Positions 44,644-55,825 of a stretch of DNA of 64,000 nucleotides are shown piece by piece. Numbering within the stretch: the first letter of the stretch is position 1; each line of letters starts with the position of its first letter. The translations under genes and the position numbers were made by a program. The notes beneath the pieces were generated by a model. It was not told where the DNA came from. It made no database searches and saw only the letters and a program-made list of their open reading frames with translations. This stretch comes from the human T2T-CHM13v2.0 reference genome, Homo sapiens. Location of the stretch: NCBI RefSeq assembly GCF_009914755.1, contig NC_060933.1; one strand, given 5' to 3'.

Positions 44644-47049
44644 TGATGTGTCCACAACCAAATCTCACTATGAATTCCCATGTGTTGTCAGAGGGACCTG
44701 GTGGGAGGTAATTAAATCATGGGAGCAGGTCTTTCCCATGCTGTTCTCATGATAGTAAGTTTCATGTGATCTGATAATTTTATAAAGGGAAGTTTCCCTG
44801 CACAAGCTCTCTTCTCTTGTCTGCTGCCATGTGAGACATGCCTCTCGCCTTCTGCAATGATTGTGAGGCCTCCCCAGCCACATGGAACTGTAAGATCATT
44901 AAACCTCTTTCTTTTGTAAATTGCCCAGTCTTGGGTATGTCTTTATCAGCAGTATAAAAACAGACTAATACAGTAAATTGGTACCAGGAGTGGGGTGGGA
45001 CTCTGCTCTAAAGATAACTGAAAATGTGGAAACAACTTTGGAACTGGATAACAGGCAGAGGTTGGAACAGTCTGGAGGGCTCAGAAAACAACAGAAAAAT
45101 GTGGGAAAGTCTGGAACTCCCTAGAGACTTGTTCTATGGCTTGACCAAAATGCTGATAGTGATATGGACAATGCAATCCAGTCTGAGGTGGTCTCAGATG
45201 GACATGAGGAACTTGTAGGAAACTGGAACAAAGGTGACTCTTGTTATGTTTTAGCAAAGAGACTTGTGGCATTTTGCCCCTGCCCTAGAGATTTGTGGAA
45301 CTTTGAACTTGAGAGAGATGATTTACGGTATCTGGCAAAAGAAATGTCTAAGCAGCAAAGCATTCAAGAGGTGACTTTTTAGCCGGACATGGTAGTGTGC
45401 GCCTGTAGTCTCAGCTACTCGGGAGGCCGAGACAGGAGAATTGCTTGAACCCAGGAGGGGGAGGTTGCAGTGAGCTGAGATCATACCCCACTGCACTCCA
45501 GCCTGGGTGACAGAGTGAGACTCCCAAAAAAAAAAAGATGTGACTTGTGTGGTGTTAAAAGCATTCAGTTTTAAAAGGAAAACAGATCATAAAAGTCTAG
45601 AAAATTTGCAGCCTGACAATGTGATAGAAAAGAAAATCCCATTTTCTGAGGAGAAATTCAAGCTGGCTGCAGAAATTTGCATAAGTAGCAAGGAGCTGAA
45701 AGTTAGTCACCAAGACAATGGGGAAAATGTCTACAGGGCATGTCAGAGACCTTTGTGGCAGTCCTTCTCCTCACAGGCTGGGAGGTTTTAGAGGAAAAAA
45801 TGGTTTCATGAGGCAGGCTCAGGTTCCCTCTATGTGCAGTCTAGGGACCTGGTGCCCTGCATCCCAGCTGCTCTAGCCATGACTAAAAGGGGCCAAGGTA
45901 CAGCTCAGGCCGTGGCTTCCAAGGGTGCTAGCCCCAAGCCTTGGCAGGTTTTACATGTTGAGCCTGAGGGTACACAGAAGTCACGAATTGATTTGGCAAC
46001 CTCTGCCTAGATTTCAGAGAACGTATGGAAGCACCTGGATGTTCAAGCAGAAGTTTGCTGCAGGGGCAGGGTGCTCATGGAGAACCCCTGCTAGGATATT
46101 GTGAAATGGAAATGTGGGGTGGGCACCCCCACACAGAGTCCCCACTGGGGCACTGCCTAGTGGAGATGTGAAAAGAATGCCATCATCCTTCAGACCCCAG
46201 AATGGTAGCTGTACCGACAGCTTGCACTGTGCACCTGAAAAAGCTGCAGACACTCAATGCCAGCCCATGAAAGCGGCTGGGAGGGAGGCTGTGTCCTGCA
46301 AAGACAGAGGTGCAGAGCTGTTCAAGACCATGGGAACCTCCTCTTGGATCAGTGTGACCCAAATATGAGACATGGGGTCAAAAGAGATCATTTTGGACCT
46401 TTAATATTTGACTGCCCTGCTGGATTTCAGAATTTCATGGGGCCTTTGTTTTAGCCATTGTTTTTTCCATTTGCAACAGCTGTACTTACCCAATGCCCGT
46501 ACCCCCATTGTATGTAGGAAGTAACTAATTTTCTTCTTATTTTACTGACTCATAGGTGGAAGGGACTTGCCTTGTCTCTGATAAAACTTTGGACTGTGAA
46601 CTTTTGAGTTAATGCTGAAATGAGTTAACACTTTGGAGGACTGTTTAAAAGGCGTGATTGGTTTTGAAGTGTGTGGACATAAGATGTGGGAGGGGCCAGG
46701 GTGAAATGATAAGGTTTGGCTGTGTCCCCACCCAAATCTCATCTTGAATTGCCATGTGTTGTTTGAGGGACCCAGTGAGAGGTACTGAATCATGGGGGCA
46801 GGTCTTTCCCATGCTGCTCTGGTGACAGTGAATAAGTCTCATGAGACCTGATGGTTTTATAAAGGGGACTTTCCCTGAACAAGCTCTCTTCTCTTATTTG
46901 CTGCCATGTGAGATTTGCCTTTAAACTTCCAACACAATTGTGAGGCATCCCCAGCCACCTGGAACTGTAAGTCCATTAAACCTGCTTCCTTTGTAAATTG
47001 CCTAGTCTTGGGTATATTTTTATCAGCAGCGTGAAAACAGACTAATACA
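44644..47049 (+). mobile_element. Full-length THE1 (THE1B-like) MaLR provirus: LTR 44644-44972, internal region, LTR 46707-47049
   Basis: Two similar LTRs ending cagactaataca; internal region starts gtaaattggtacc and ends with the purine tract gggaggggccagggtgaaa; imperfect TSD tctag/gctag. Confidence 0.95.
45378..45534 (+). mobile_element. 5'-truncated Alu (right monomer only) inside THE1-int
   Basis: ttagccggacatggt..ctcccaaaaaaaaa; TSD aaga(g/t)gtgactt at 45366-45377 and 45535-45546. Confidence 0.92.
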
Positions 47050-47883
47050 GCTAGGGTGGTTAAGATAGAGATATGGGCAAGATAGAAATCCTTAACAACA
47101 AATACATACATTAAATTGTTTCTTCCATCTAGGGTGGTTCTTTTAACCTACAGGTAATCACTTTGTGTGTTTCATTAAGGTATTTTCAAAATCTCTTTGA
47201 ACAGCATAACTTGTAAAAGCAAGTACTAATACTTTATAAAAGTATTTCATAAAGTAGTTTACAGTAACTGAGGTTGATTTGTGCCATTAAGGAAAAAACT
47301 TTTACTTTTTTATTACTAAAAATGTATGTAAATCTCACTGGCACTGAATGCATTTTTCAAACAAATAAAGAGGCTTGAAATGGTGAACAGCTATTCTTTT
47401 CTGCCTACTAGGGATGAGAAAGTACAGGCTGTTTTCAAATTAAAACCGGAAGGGCCAAAGATGTAAATAAATGTGACTGATAGAGGACAGCATAAAAGAA
47501 AAAATAAGTTTTTTTTTTTAAAGCAGGACTGTGAGAATTTTAATAGAGTCTAGATTGGTAAATAAAAAAGAATAGAAAATCCCAAAAAGTGTATATTAAT
47601 GCTCAAACCAGTAAAGAAATATGAGTTACCACTTTGTGGAAAAATAACATGGGTAGATTCATATGCCCCTACTGCGTGTAAGATTATTTTTAAAGAGATT
47701 AAAGCATTAAATGTAGAAAATAAAACCACAAAGGCTCTAGAAGTAAACATAGGACATTTCCTTTATAACCTTTAAGTGGTTAAGGTATAAGTAATTATAA
47801 CTAAAAGTTTAGAAGCTAAAAGATTAAAAAATGGGTCTATGTGAATACAGTAACAATAACTTCATGAAAAAATATTGTAAACA

Positions 47884-47916
47884 TTCACTTCTCAGTCTTT
47901 TGGCTAAGATCAAGTG
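47884..47916 (+). pseudogene. 3'-truncated U2 snRNA retropseudogene (U2 nt 1-33)
   Basis: ttcacttctcagtcttttggctaagatcaagtg vs U2 ATCGCTTCTCGGCCTTTTGGCTAAGATCAAGTG; 14-bp TSD aaatattgtaaaca at 47870-47883 and 47917-47930. Confidence 0.93.
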
Positions 47917-48088
47917 AAATATTGTAAACAAATTGAAACTAGAAGTAATCAATTAAAGAATAATATTTACTCTTCATATAGTATAATTTCTTTACTATAT
48001 GAAGTGTTTCTAGAAATTTATGAGCAAAAGACTCAAACTCAAAAGAAATATAGGCAAGTATATAAACAATTGATAGAAAGTAAATGCA

Positions 48089-48438
48089 GGCCGTCGCGGT
48101 GGCTCACACCTGTAATCCCAGCACTTTGGGAGGCTGAGGCGGTTGGATCACGAGGTCAGGAGATCGAGACCATCCTGGCTAAAGCGGTGAAACCCCGTCT
48201 CTACTAAAAAAAATTAACCGGGTTTTGTGGCGGGTGCCTGTAGTCCCAGCTACTCGGGAGGCTGAGGCAGGAGAATGGCGTGAACCCGGGAGGTGGAGCT
48301 TGCAGTGAGCCCAGAATGGCGTGAACCCAGAAGGTGGAGCTTGAAGTGAGCCAAGATTGTGCCACTGCACTCCAGCCTGGGCAACAGAGTGAGACTCCAT
48401 CTCAAAAAAATAAATAAATAAAATAAAAATAAAAAATT
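48089..48438 (+). mobile_element. AluY with an internal 41-bp tandem duplication
   Basis: agaatggcgtgaaccc..gtgagcc occurs twice (48272-48312, 48313-48352); TSD aagtaaatgca at 48078-48088 and 48439-48449. Confidence 0.96.
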
Positions 48439-50059
48439 AAGTAAATGCAAATGACTTTTAAGTATATAAAAGTGTATTCAAGTTCAACCATAATAAAACT
48501 AAAATAAAACTCTATCAATATTCTTTCACCTATTAGAATAGCATATTTAATAACACAAACTTCAGCAAACATATAGAGAAGTAGGTACTACCATTCATGC
48601 ATCCACATGATTGGAGTATAAATTAGTACATATTTATCAAATAAAAAATGCATGTGTGCATGTCCAATCAATTATACTCTAGGCAGATTATCCTAAATAA
48701 CTACTTACATATAAAATGACATATATGACTATATTCATTGCAGAAAAATATATAAGAACAAGATTCTGAAAACAACAAAGTTTTTAATATAGTACGACTT
48801 AATGATGACACATCCCTTTGATGTTCTGCAACAGTAAAAATACTGAAAATTTTCTATATGTATTAACGTGGAAAGTTTTTCAAGATAAATTGCTAACGAA
48901 TAAAGCAATGTGCCAAAAGGATACGTGTTATGCTGTCCAAATAAAGGAAATCAATAATGTATTTTGTTATTTCTTATATATACATAAAATACTTAAGACA
49001 CCAAGAAGCTGTTGTTAAGAGGTAAGAACTGGGCAGACAATAGAAAAGGATAGAATGTGGAATTTTCCAATTCTGTATCATGTAAATGCATCACCTGTTC
49101 AAAAAATAAAATAATGTTCACGGTTCCCTACCTTTTCTGAGAAATATCCAACTCTTTAGCCAGTAATTTATAGCCTTTCAAAATTGTTCCGGTAATATTT
49201 CATTTTTCTTGCTCATGCTAAACCACCTTCTCATCAAACTATTCAGTACCTTAAATTCTACTAAAATTTCTTTGTGGCATCACACACATACCCATTTCGA
49301 TACACTCTTTTTCTATTATCACCTGTAGAAACCTACATAACTTCACAGCACATCTCAGATGCCAGCTCTTTCAAGATCTTCTCTGATAAACCCAAGGAGA
49401 AATAATTTTTCCCTCATCAAAATCCTTAGTGCACTTGGGATTACATCACATATTCTTCTTATAGGAGTGGTCTTTCTATTAGCATTGAAGGTCCTTAAGA
49501 GCAAGATTGCTTTTTAAACATCTGTATTTCTTAAAGTATTCTGTGCAAAATACTATGCTAAACCCTGTATTTACTCAAACATTTTAGCTTAATGAATTAA
49601 AATATGACTCAAAATGGAATGGTAAGTTGTTCCATCTTAATATATTAAGAAATATCACCAACAGCAACTACATCAAGAAACCAAGAAGACGACCTTTAAT
49701 GGAATATTTGATGGACGCTGAAGTGAGCCTATTAACAAAAACAAACAAAAAGAATCAGGGACTACATTTGCCATTAATTCTAAAATTGTTGCCATTTAGG
49801 GCCTCACTGAAATATAGGGCCAAATAGCTGTTGCTCTACCAGTAGCAGTCCTCATATTAAATGATGAATTTGCAAGGCATGCCCCCTAGGATTTCATCTG
49901 TTCTCCTTGAGAAAATGTCAATAACTTCTATAAAGAAAGAGTGGCCCTAGTTAGAGTTGTTTAGTTCCAAGTCTATGTTTAACCCATTAAGAAATAATTC
50001 ATACTTAGTATATATTTTTAAAAAACACTAAAATATAGTCTAAATTTCCCTGATTTTTT

Positions 50060-50614
<555 letters not shown>

Positions 50615-50703
50615 CATAGTATATAAAAATAAGAGTTACACACACACACACACGTCAATGTACAACCAGGCAAACTGAGTCTATGTTAAAATTCGGTCAT
50701 CAC

Positions 50704-51358
50704 CTGTAAACTAGTTCAACCATTGTGGAAGTCAGTGTGGCGATTCCTCAAGGATCTAGAACTAGAAATACCACTTGACCCAGCCATCCCATTACTGGGT
50801 ATATACCCAAAGGATTATAAATCATGCTGCTATACAGACACATGCACATGTATGTTTATTGCAGCACTATTCACAATAGCAAAGACTTGGAACCAACCCA
50901 AATGTCCAACAATGATAGACTGGATTAAGAAAATTTGGCACATAGACATCATGGAATACTATGCAGCCATAAAAAAGGATGAGTTTATGTCCTTTGTAGG
51001 GACATGGATGAAATTGGAAATCATCATTCTCAGTAAACTATTGCAAGAACAAAAAAACAAACACCGCATATTCTCACTCATAGGTGGGAACTGAACAATG
51101 AGAACACATGGACACAGGAAGGGGAACATCACACTCTGGGGACTGTTGTGGGGTGGGGGGAGGGGGGAGGGATAGCATTAGGAGATATACCTAATGCTAA
51201 ATGACAAGTTAATGGGTGCAGCACACCAGCATGGTACATGTATACATATGTAACTAACCTGCACATTGTGCACATGTACCCTAACACTTAAAGTATAATA
51301 AAAAAAAAAAATCTCAGAAACTAGAGTCAGAAGAATAGCCAAAAAAAAAAAAAAAAAA
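50704..51358 (+). mobile_element. 5'-truncated L1PA3-like element with a short 3' transduction
   Basis: ORF2 C-terminus WKSVWRFLKDLELEIP..HRIFSLIGGN, 3'UTR, two A tails; TSD aaaattc(g/a)gtcatcac at 50688-50703 and 51359-51374. Confidence 0.95.
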
Positions 51359-51724
51359 AAAATTCAGTCATCACTATCTTTAATGGATGGAATGGAGTTT
51401 AGAGTAAATAGTGCAGGGAAGGTAGGGTTATGAGGTTTTAGTGTTCTCTTTCTTAATCTGCATTCTGATTACCAGATTATTGTTCACTTGATAAAATTTT
51501 ATCAAATTGTGCCCTGATAATCAGAATGTAAGAATGTCACATTTTCTGTAAGATATCCTTCAATGAATTTTAACAAAAATACTATGAAAAAATAAATTTC
51601 TCTTTTTTTTACTTGATTACCCTATTATAGAATGCATATGTTTAGTGACTTTGTACAGTGATAAGAAAATACCTCAAACAGGATTTAAAAAAACGTAAAC
51701 AGATGTAAATGACACTTTTCTTTA

Positions 51725-52036
51725 TTTTTTATTTTATTTATTTATTTATTTATTTATGATAGGATCTCACTCTGTCACCCAGGCTATAGTGCAGTAGCAT
51801 GATCACAGCTAATTTCAGCCTTGACCTTCTGGTCTCAAGTAATCCTCTCAAGGCAGCCTGCCATTTAGCTGGGACCGCAGACACGTGCCACTATGTCTGG
51901 CTAATTTTTTGAATTTTTGGTAGACAGGGTCTCACTTTGTTGCCTAAGGTGGTCTTGAATTGCTGGGCTCAAGCAATCCTTCAGCATCAGCCTCCCAAAG
52001 TGCTGGGATTATACGCATGAGCCACCAGGCCCAGCC
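51725..52036 (-). mobile_element. AluJ
   Basis: J-type positions (gatcacagct, ctgggctcaagcaatcct); TSD actt(t/g)tcttta. Confidence 0.93.
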
Positions 52037-53218
52037 ACTTGTCTTTAATTGAAGTGCTATAGCCAATACCAAAGTTGCTGGCCTCCCATCCAACTTACAA
52101 TTTACAGTATAGCACCTATACATTTAGTCTGCTGCTCTAAATGTCTCCCAGTAATCAAACTGTGTGTGAAATTCATAGTATAGGGCACACTATTTTTTAA
52201 TCATTCTAACTACTGTAATTATGTTCTTATCTATATTCATGTCCTGAAAGTTTATGCAAGTAAAATTAGCATAATGACATTTAAGTTATTTCATGTTTAT
52301 GTGCATGCATTTACTGGACATTGCTATTTTTTACAACTTTACATTTTAAATTTCTACTTTTCATCCAAGAACTCTCTCAAAATGTTTGACTTACCTTCTT
52401 TTGTTTTTATATTTTTCTGTTCTTCAATTTTTTCATTCATCCAACATATACTTAAATATCTAAGTTTTAAGGTAACTATATGTGCCGGTATATTTGCCTA
52501 TAAATCATCATGCACATAGAAAACACTTTTAGAAGCTTCCTCTTTCATACCAAATTCAAACCATAAGGTCTAAAGGAAGTACTTAGAGGTTGTGGTATAC
52601 ACACATTTATTTTACTGAAAACTGAAAATAACGCAGACAAAAGGATGAAACTTATTGGGAATTGGTATGATACATAAGATATCTTTCACTCAGAAAAAAA
52701 GTAAGAATATACCATACTAAGTTCATTTTCTTCAAAAATTTGGATCCTTTCATTTTCTAGGGCTGCATATCCTTTTTCCTAAAGAGGAACTCCACATTTT
52801 ATAAGTTGCAGTTCCCATAAAGACTAGATCTGTCCCTAGTTTTGATGAACTATAGCTGGGAAACCAGAGGTATGGCAATCCTAAAACGAACATAGGAAAA
52901 GAGTTCCAATAGACACAGATTCCCTTCCCCTGGTGAAAATGAAGATAGAAACAACAACAACAAAAAGATATTATGTAATATAAAATAAAACAAATGTTCA
53001 TTATATTTGAACCTGTATTCTCTTTTCTAAACTGAGTTTCAGAGGGCAAGGAACATGTCTGTCAGATACTACTTTCTATCCAGTACACATAGTAGCTGCA
53101 CAATAAACATTTATGACATGAATTAATCAGCGTTTCTCTGGCCTGCCAATGCCCTGTATATAGAAAATCTGTAAATTTCCACTAACTTTAAAAATACTCA
53201 TATTTTCCTGGAACAGAA

Positions 53219-53282
53219 AGTAAAGATTACATGGCAGACACAATTGCATCTGTCTACTAATGATTACCATGTAATCTTTACT
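53219..53282. repeat. Perfect 16-bp inverted repeat with a 32-bp spacer
   Basis: agtaaagattacatgg (53219-53234) / ccatgtaatctttact (53267-53282). Confidence 0.95.
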
Positions 53283-53726
53283 AGATGGCCTTGTGGTTCT
53301 CAGTAAGAGTCAAGTGACAAAGGAGACAGAGGGAGCAAAGCTGAAAGACTTTAATAAACTCTCTTTGCAAATAATGTTTTTATTCAATGTCAACTTCTTA
53401 TTAAAACATCCCAGGGCTTGACTCTTCTGAGTCTTTTATATACTTTTTTTCTACAACAAAGGAGAAAGCAATCACTATTGATTTGGGCACATATCAAAAA
53501 ATGAAAAAAGAGAAATAAATAAACAGTTGCATTTCAATTGTGGCCACCATACAGCTAATAGTTTATCATAACTCTTAAAGGTTGGTCCCTAGGCTCTCAT
53601 ACAGGTTCACCCTTTGCTGACCTCTTACAATCTTTCTGTCAGCATTTTGAATGCTACTGATTCTGTGAGTAATATTTTCAACGGAGGTCAGACAGGCCAG
53701 TAAGTCCAGCGTGCCCTCTCACTTAC

Positions 53727-53789
53727 GAATTCCCCTTCTTTTGTGGCTTTTCACCATGGGTTCACATGTCATGGACTCTACATCGCAAA
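53727..53789 (-). other. Candidate 63-nt frame-preserving exon (xCDVESMTCEPMVKSHKRRGIx in phase 1)
   Basis: ttttttctcctttcactcac..tttgcttactgcag| 63 nt |gtaagt; only one frame is open; CpGs retained. Confidence 0.35.
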
Positions 53790-55094
53790 CTGCAGTAAGC
53801 AAATTTCAATCGTGAGTGAAAGGAGAAAAAAGCAAATCCTACTTGACTATTGCTAGCTTGTTTACACCATAGGGCTAGAGTAAGCTGAAATCGACAGAGT
53901 ATAAAGAAAAGAAGGTCCTCTTGCAGTAACACACACACTCATTTTCAGACTCATAGTTTAAATGCAGTCTTTTATTTGTCACTACCACTGCATTATTATC
54001 AGAGGATTTATATGCCTAGAGCTGCCAGAAGTGTCACCAGCTCTGACAATGCCCATTTTGGAGCTTTTTCCGATGGCTTATTTTATTTATAGTCTTGATG
54101 AAACTGGGGCAGTCACAAAACTGATTAGCGATCTGGCAAACAGGGTCTGCTCTGCTAATGATCTGTGTAAATATTGTGCTGTAGAGCCTTTCTGTGACAG
54201 GTCATTGCTGCTAACAAACCGCAGAATGCAAACAGAGACCTGTGCTGCCTTCACTGCAGATGCACAGCAGCCAGCTTACACTGACAAAGCAAATGAAAAT
54301 CCTCTTATTGTCGATCATCTCAAGTAAAATGGCCTAAAAATCAATTCTAGGATAGGCTTTCTTTCTTTCTCGAAGCTTTAATCTGGGGATGATGACAGTG
54401 ATAATGGTATTTCATTATACACATAAAGTAAGAGAGAAAAACGCAATAAAACAAGATATAAAAGATGAATTTAAACAATGGATTGTGAAAGCCTTGCTGT
54501 TTGCTTCTGTTTTTAAAAATATTTTGCTATTTTTTCTTGGCTGCTGCCGTTGCTACAGTTGTAGTCTGCACAGAATGAAGCCTTAATCACACAGTCATGC
54601 TGAAACATGTTTACAAAGGTAAAATTAATGGGCTTATCTTAAGCAAGATGTCTTTCTATGGCATCATTAATATGCTTTAGATTTTTTAAATAAATGTGTT
54701 TTTATTCTTCCAGTACATCAGAATTGGAATTGGAGTCATGTCAAGATGTTCTCACTGGCAAAGACAGGAGGAGGTTAAAATAGCTCCTTGTAGGGCAGTA
54801 ACCTCGGGAGAAAAAGAACTAATAGAAAATAAATGGCGAGTATTTTTTTTGAATCATTTGTATGATAAGCTTATAATGTACTTGTCTCAATGCAGAAAGC
54901 ACAAGGAAAAAATAAATATGTCCTCATCACATTGGTAGACAAAGCACTAAGCACGTAGGTTGTCAGAAATTCGATATCCCTTTCTCTTTTCTATATCCTC
55001 TACCAAACAGAAAGTTCCACATACATCTGAGACTTCAGTGTCTATGTGACTTGAGTACAATTTCCTTTTTCATCTTTGTTTTTCCTTTACTTAC

Positions 55095-55114
55095 TCGTTT
55101 CCCTTTATTCTTAC
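55095..55114 (-). other. Candidate recursive splice site or 20-nt exon
   Basis: ttattttttattctctatatctcag|GTAAGAATAAAGGGAAACGA|gtaagt. Confidence 0.35.
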
Positions 55115-55639
55115 CTGAGATATAGAGAATAAAAAATAACACTATAGAATCAACCTTTTTTTCTAGGTAATTTAGAATAAATTTTCCAGAACATAAAAAG
55201 GATAATGATGGCATTATGTAAATTTGAGACCAAAATTTTCTGAATTAAATTATTTTTACATAGATAATGGTTCACTTCTGATTAGGAACATTAAATAAAA
55301 AGTAATCTTAACAATATGACAATACAACTTAGCCTTCTTGCATTATCGTTTTTAGCCTAAATATTTAATTATTATAATTTGCACAACATCGACATTATAG
55401 TGCAATTCTTTTCTTTACAAAATAATCACAATAAAGTATTTTAATCAAGCAACTGAGCACATACAATTATTATTCTATGTCCATAAAATTTTTTTGCAGA
55501 AAACATTTATATAAGAATTTCAGTAGTCAAACATTGAGTAGCAGGAAAATACTATTAAATTTTAAAAACCAAACAAGCATTGGAAACAGAAAAATGGATA
55601 CGAAGAGAAGCAAGTATTCTCCTGTATTTATAATTGTGG

Positions 55640-55825
55640 TACTTTACAATATATGTAATATATCTTTAGAAAGATTAATTGTCTTTTATTCTCACAGAAA
55701 TTCTACGAGCCAGGCAGAGGAACTGTTTTTGTTCCCATTTTACTTCTGTAAAAACTGAGTCTCAAAATAACTGCTCCCCAGAAGTATAGAATGATTAAAG
55801 GTCAGAGACAGAGCCTGCATATTTT
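55640..55825 (-). mobile_element. MIR fragment
   Basis: ttattctcacagaaattctacgag..cccattttac..aaaactgagtctca. Confidence 0.6.

Larger units (their letters stand above)
47560..49110 (+). mobile_element. Decayed L1ME-like 3' region, host of the U2 fragment and an AluY
   Basis: ctagaagtaaacatagga, tcacctattagaatagca, ggagtataaattagtaca, tattcattgcag, tggaaagtttttcaagataaattg. Confidence 0.6.

Noticed and set aside
45024-46454. Cluster of ORFs in THE1-int
   Set aside because: Broken remnants of the MaLR internal ORF, interrupted by stops and an Alu
52385-52470. Perfect minus-strand donor AAG|gtaagt
   Set aside because: The upstream sequence looks like an L2 3' end (tgttggatgaatgaa) and has no convincing acceptor
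53962-54327. 121-aa ATG-initiated plus-strand ORF in unique DNA
   Set aside because: No recognisable homology or promoter context; length is plausible by chance in a GC-elevated block and it is opposite to the inferred host strand. Not excluded without PhyloCSF
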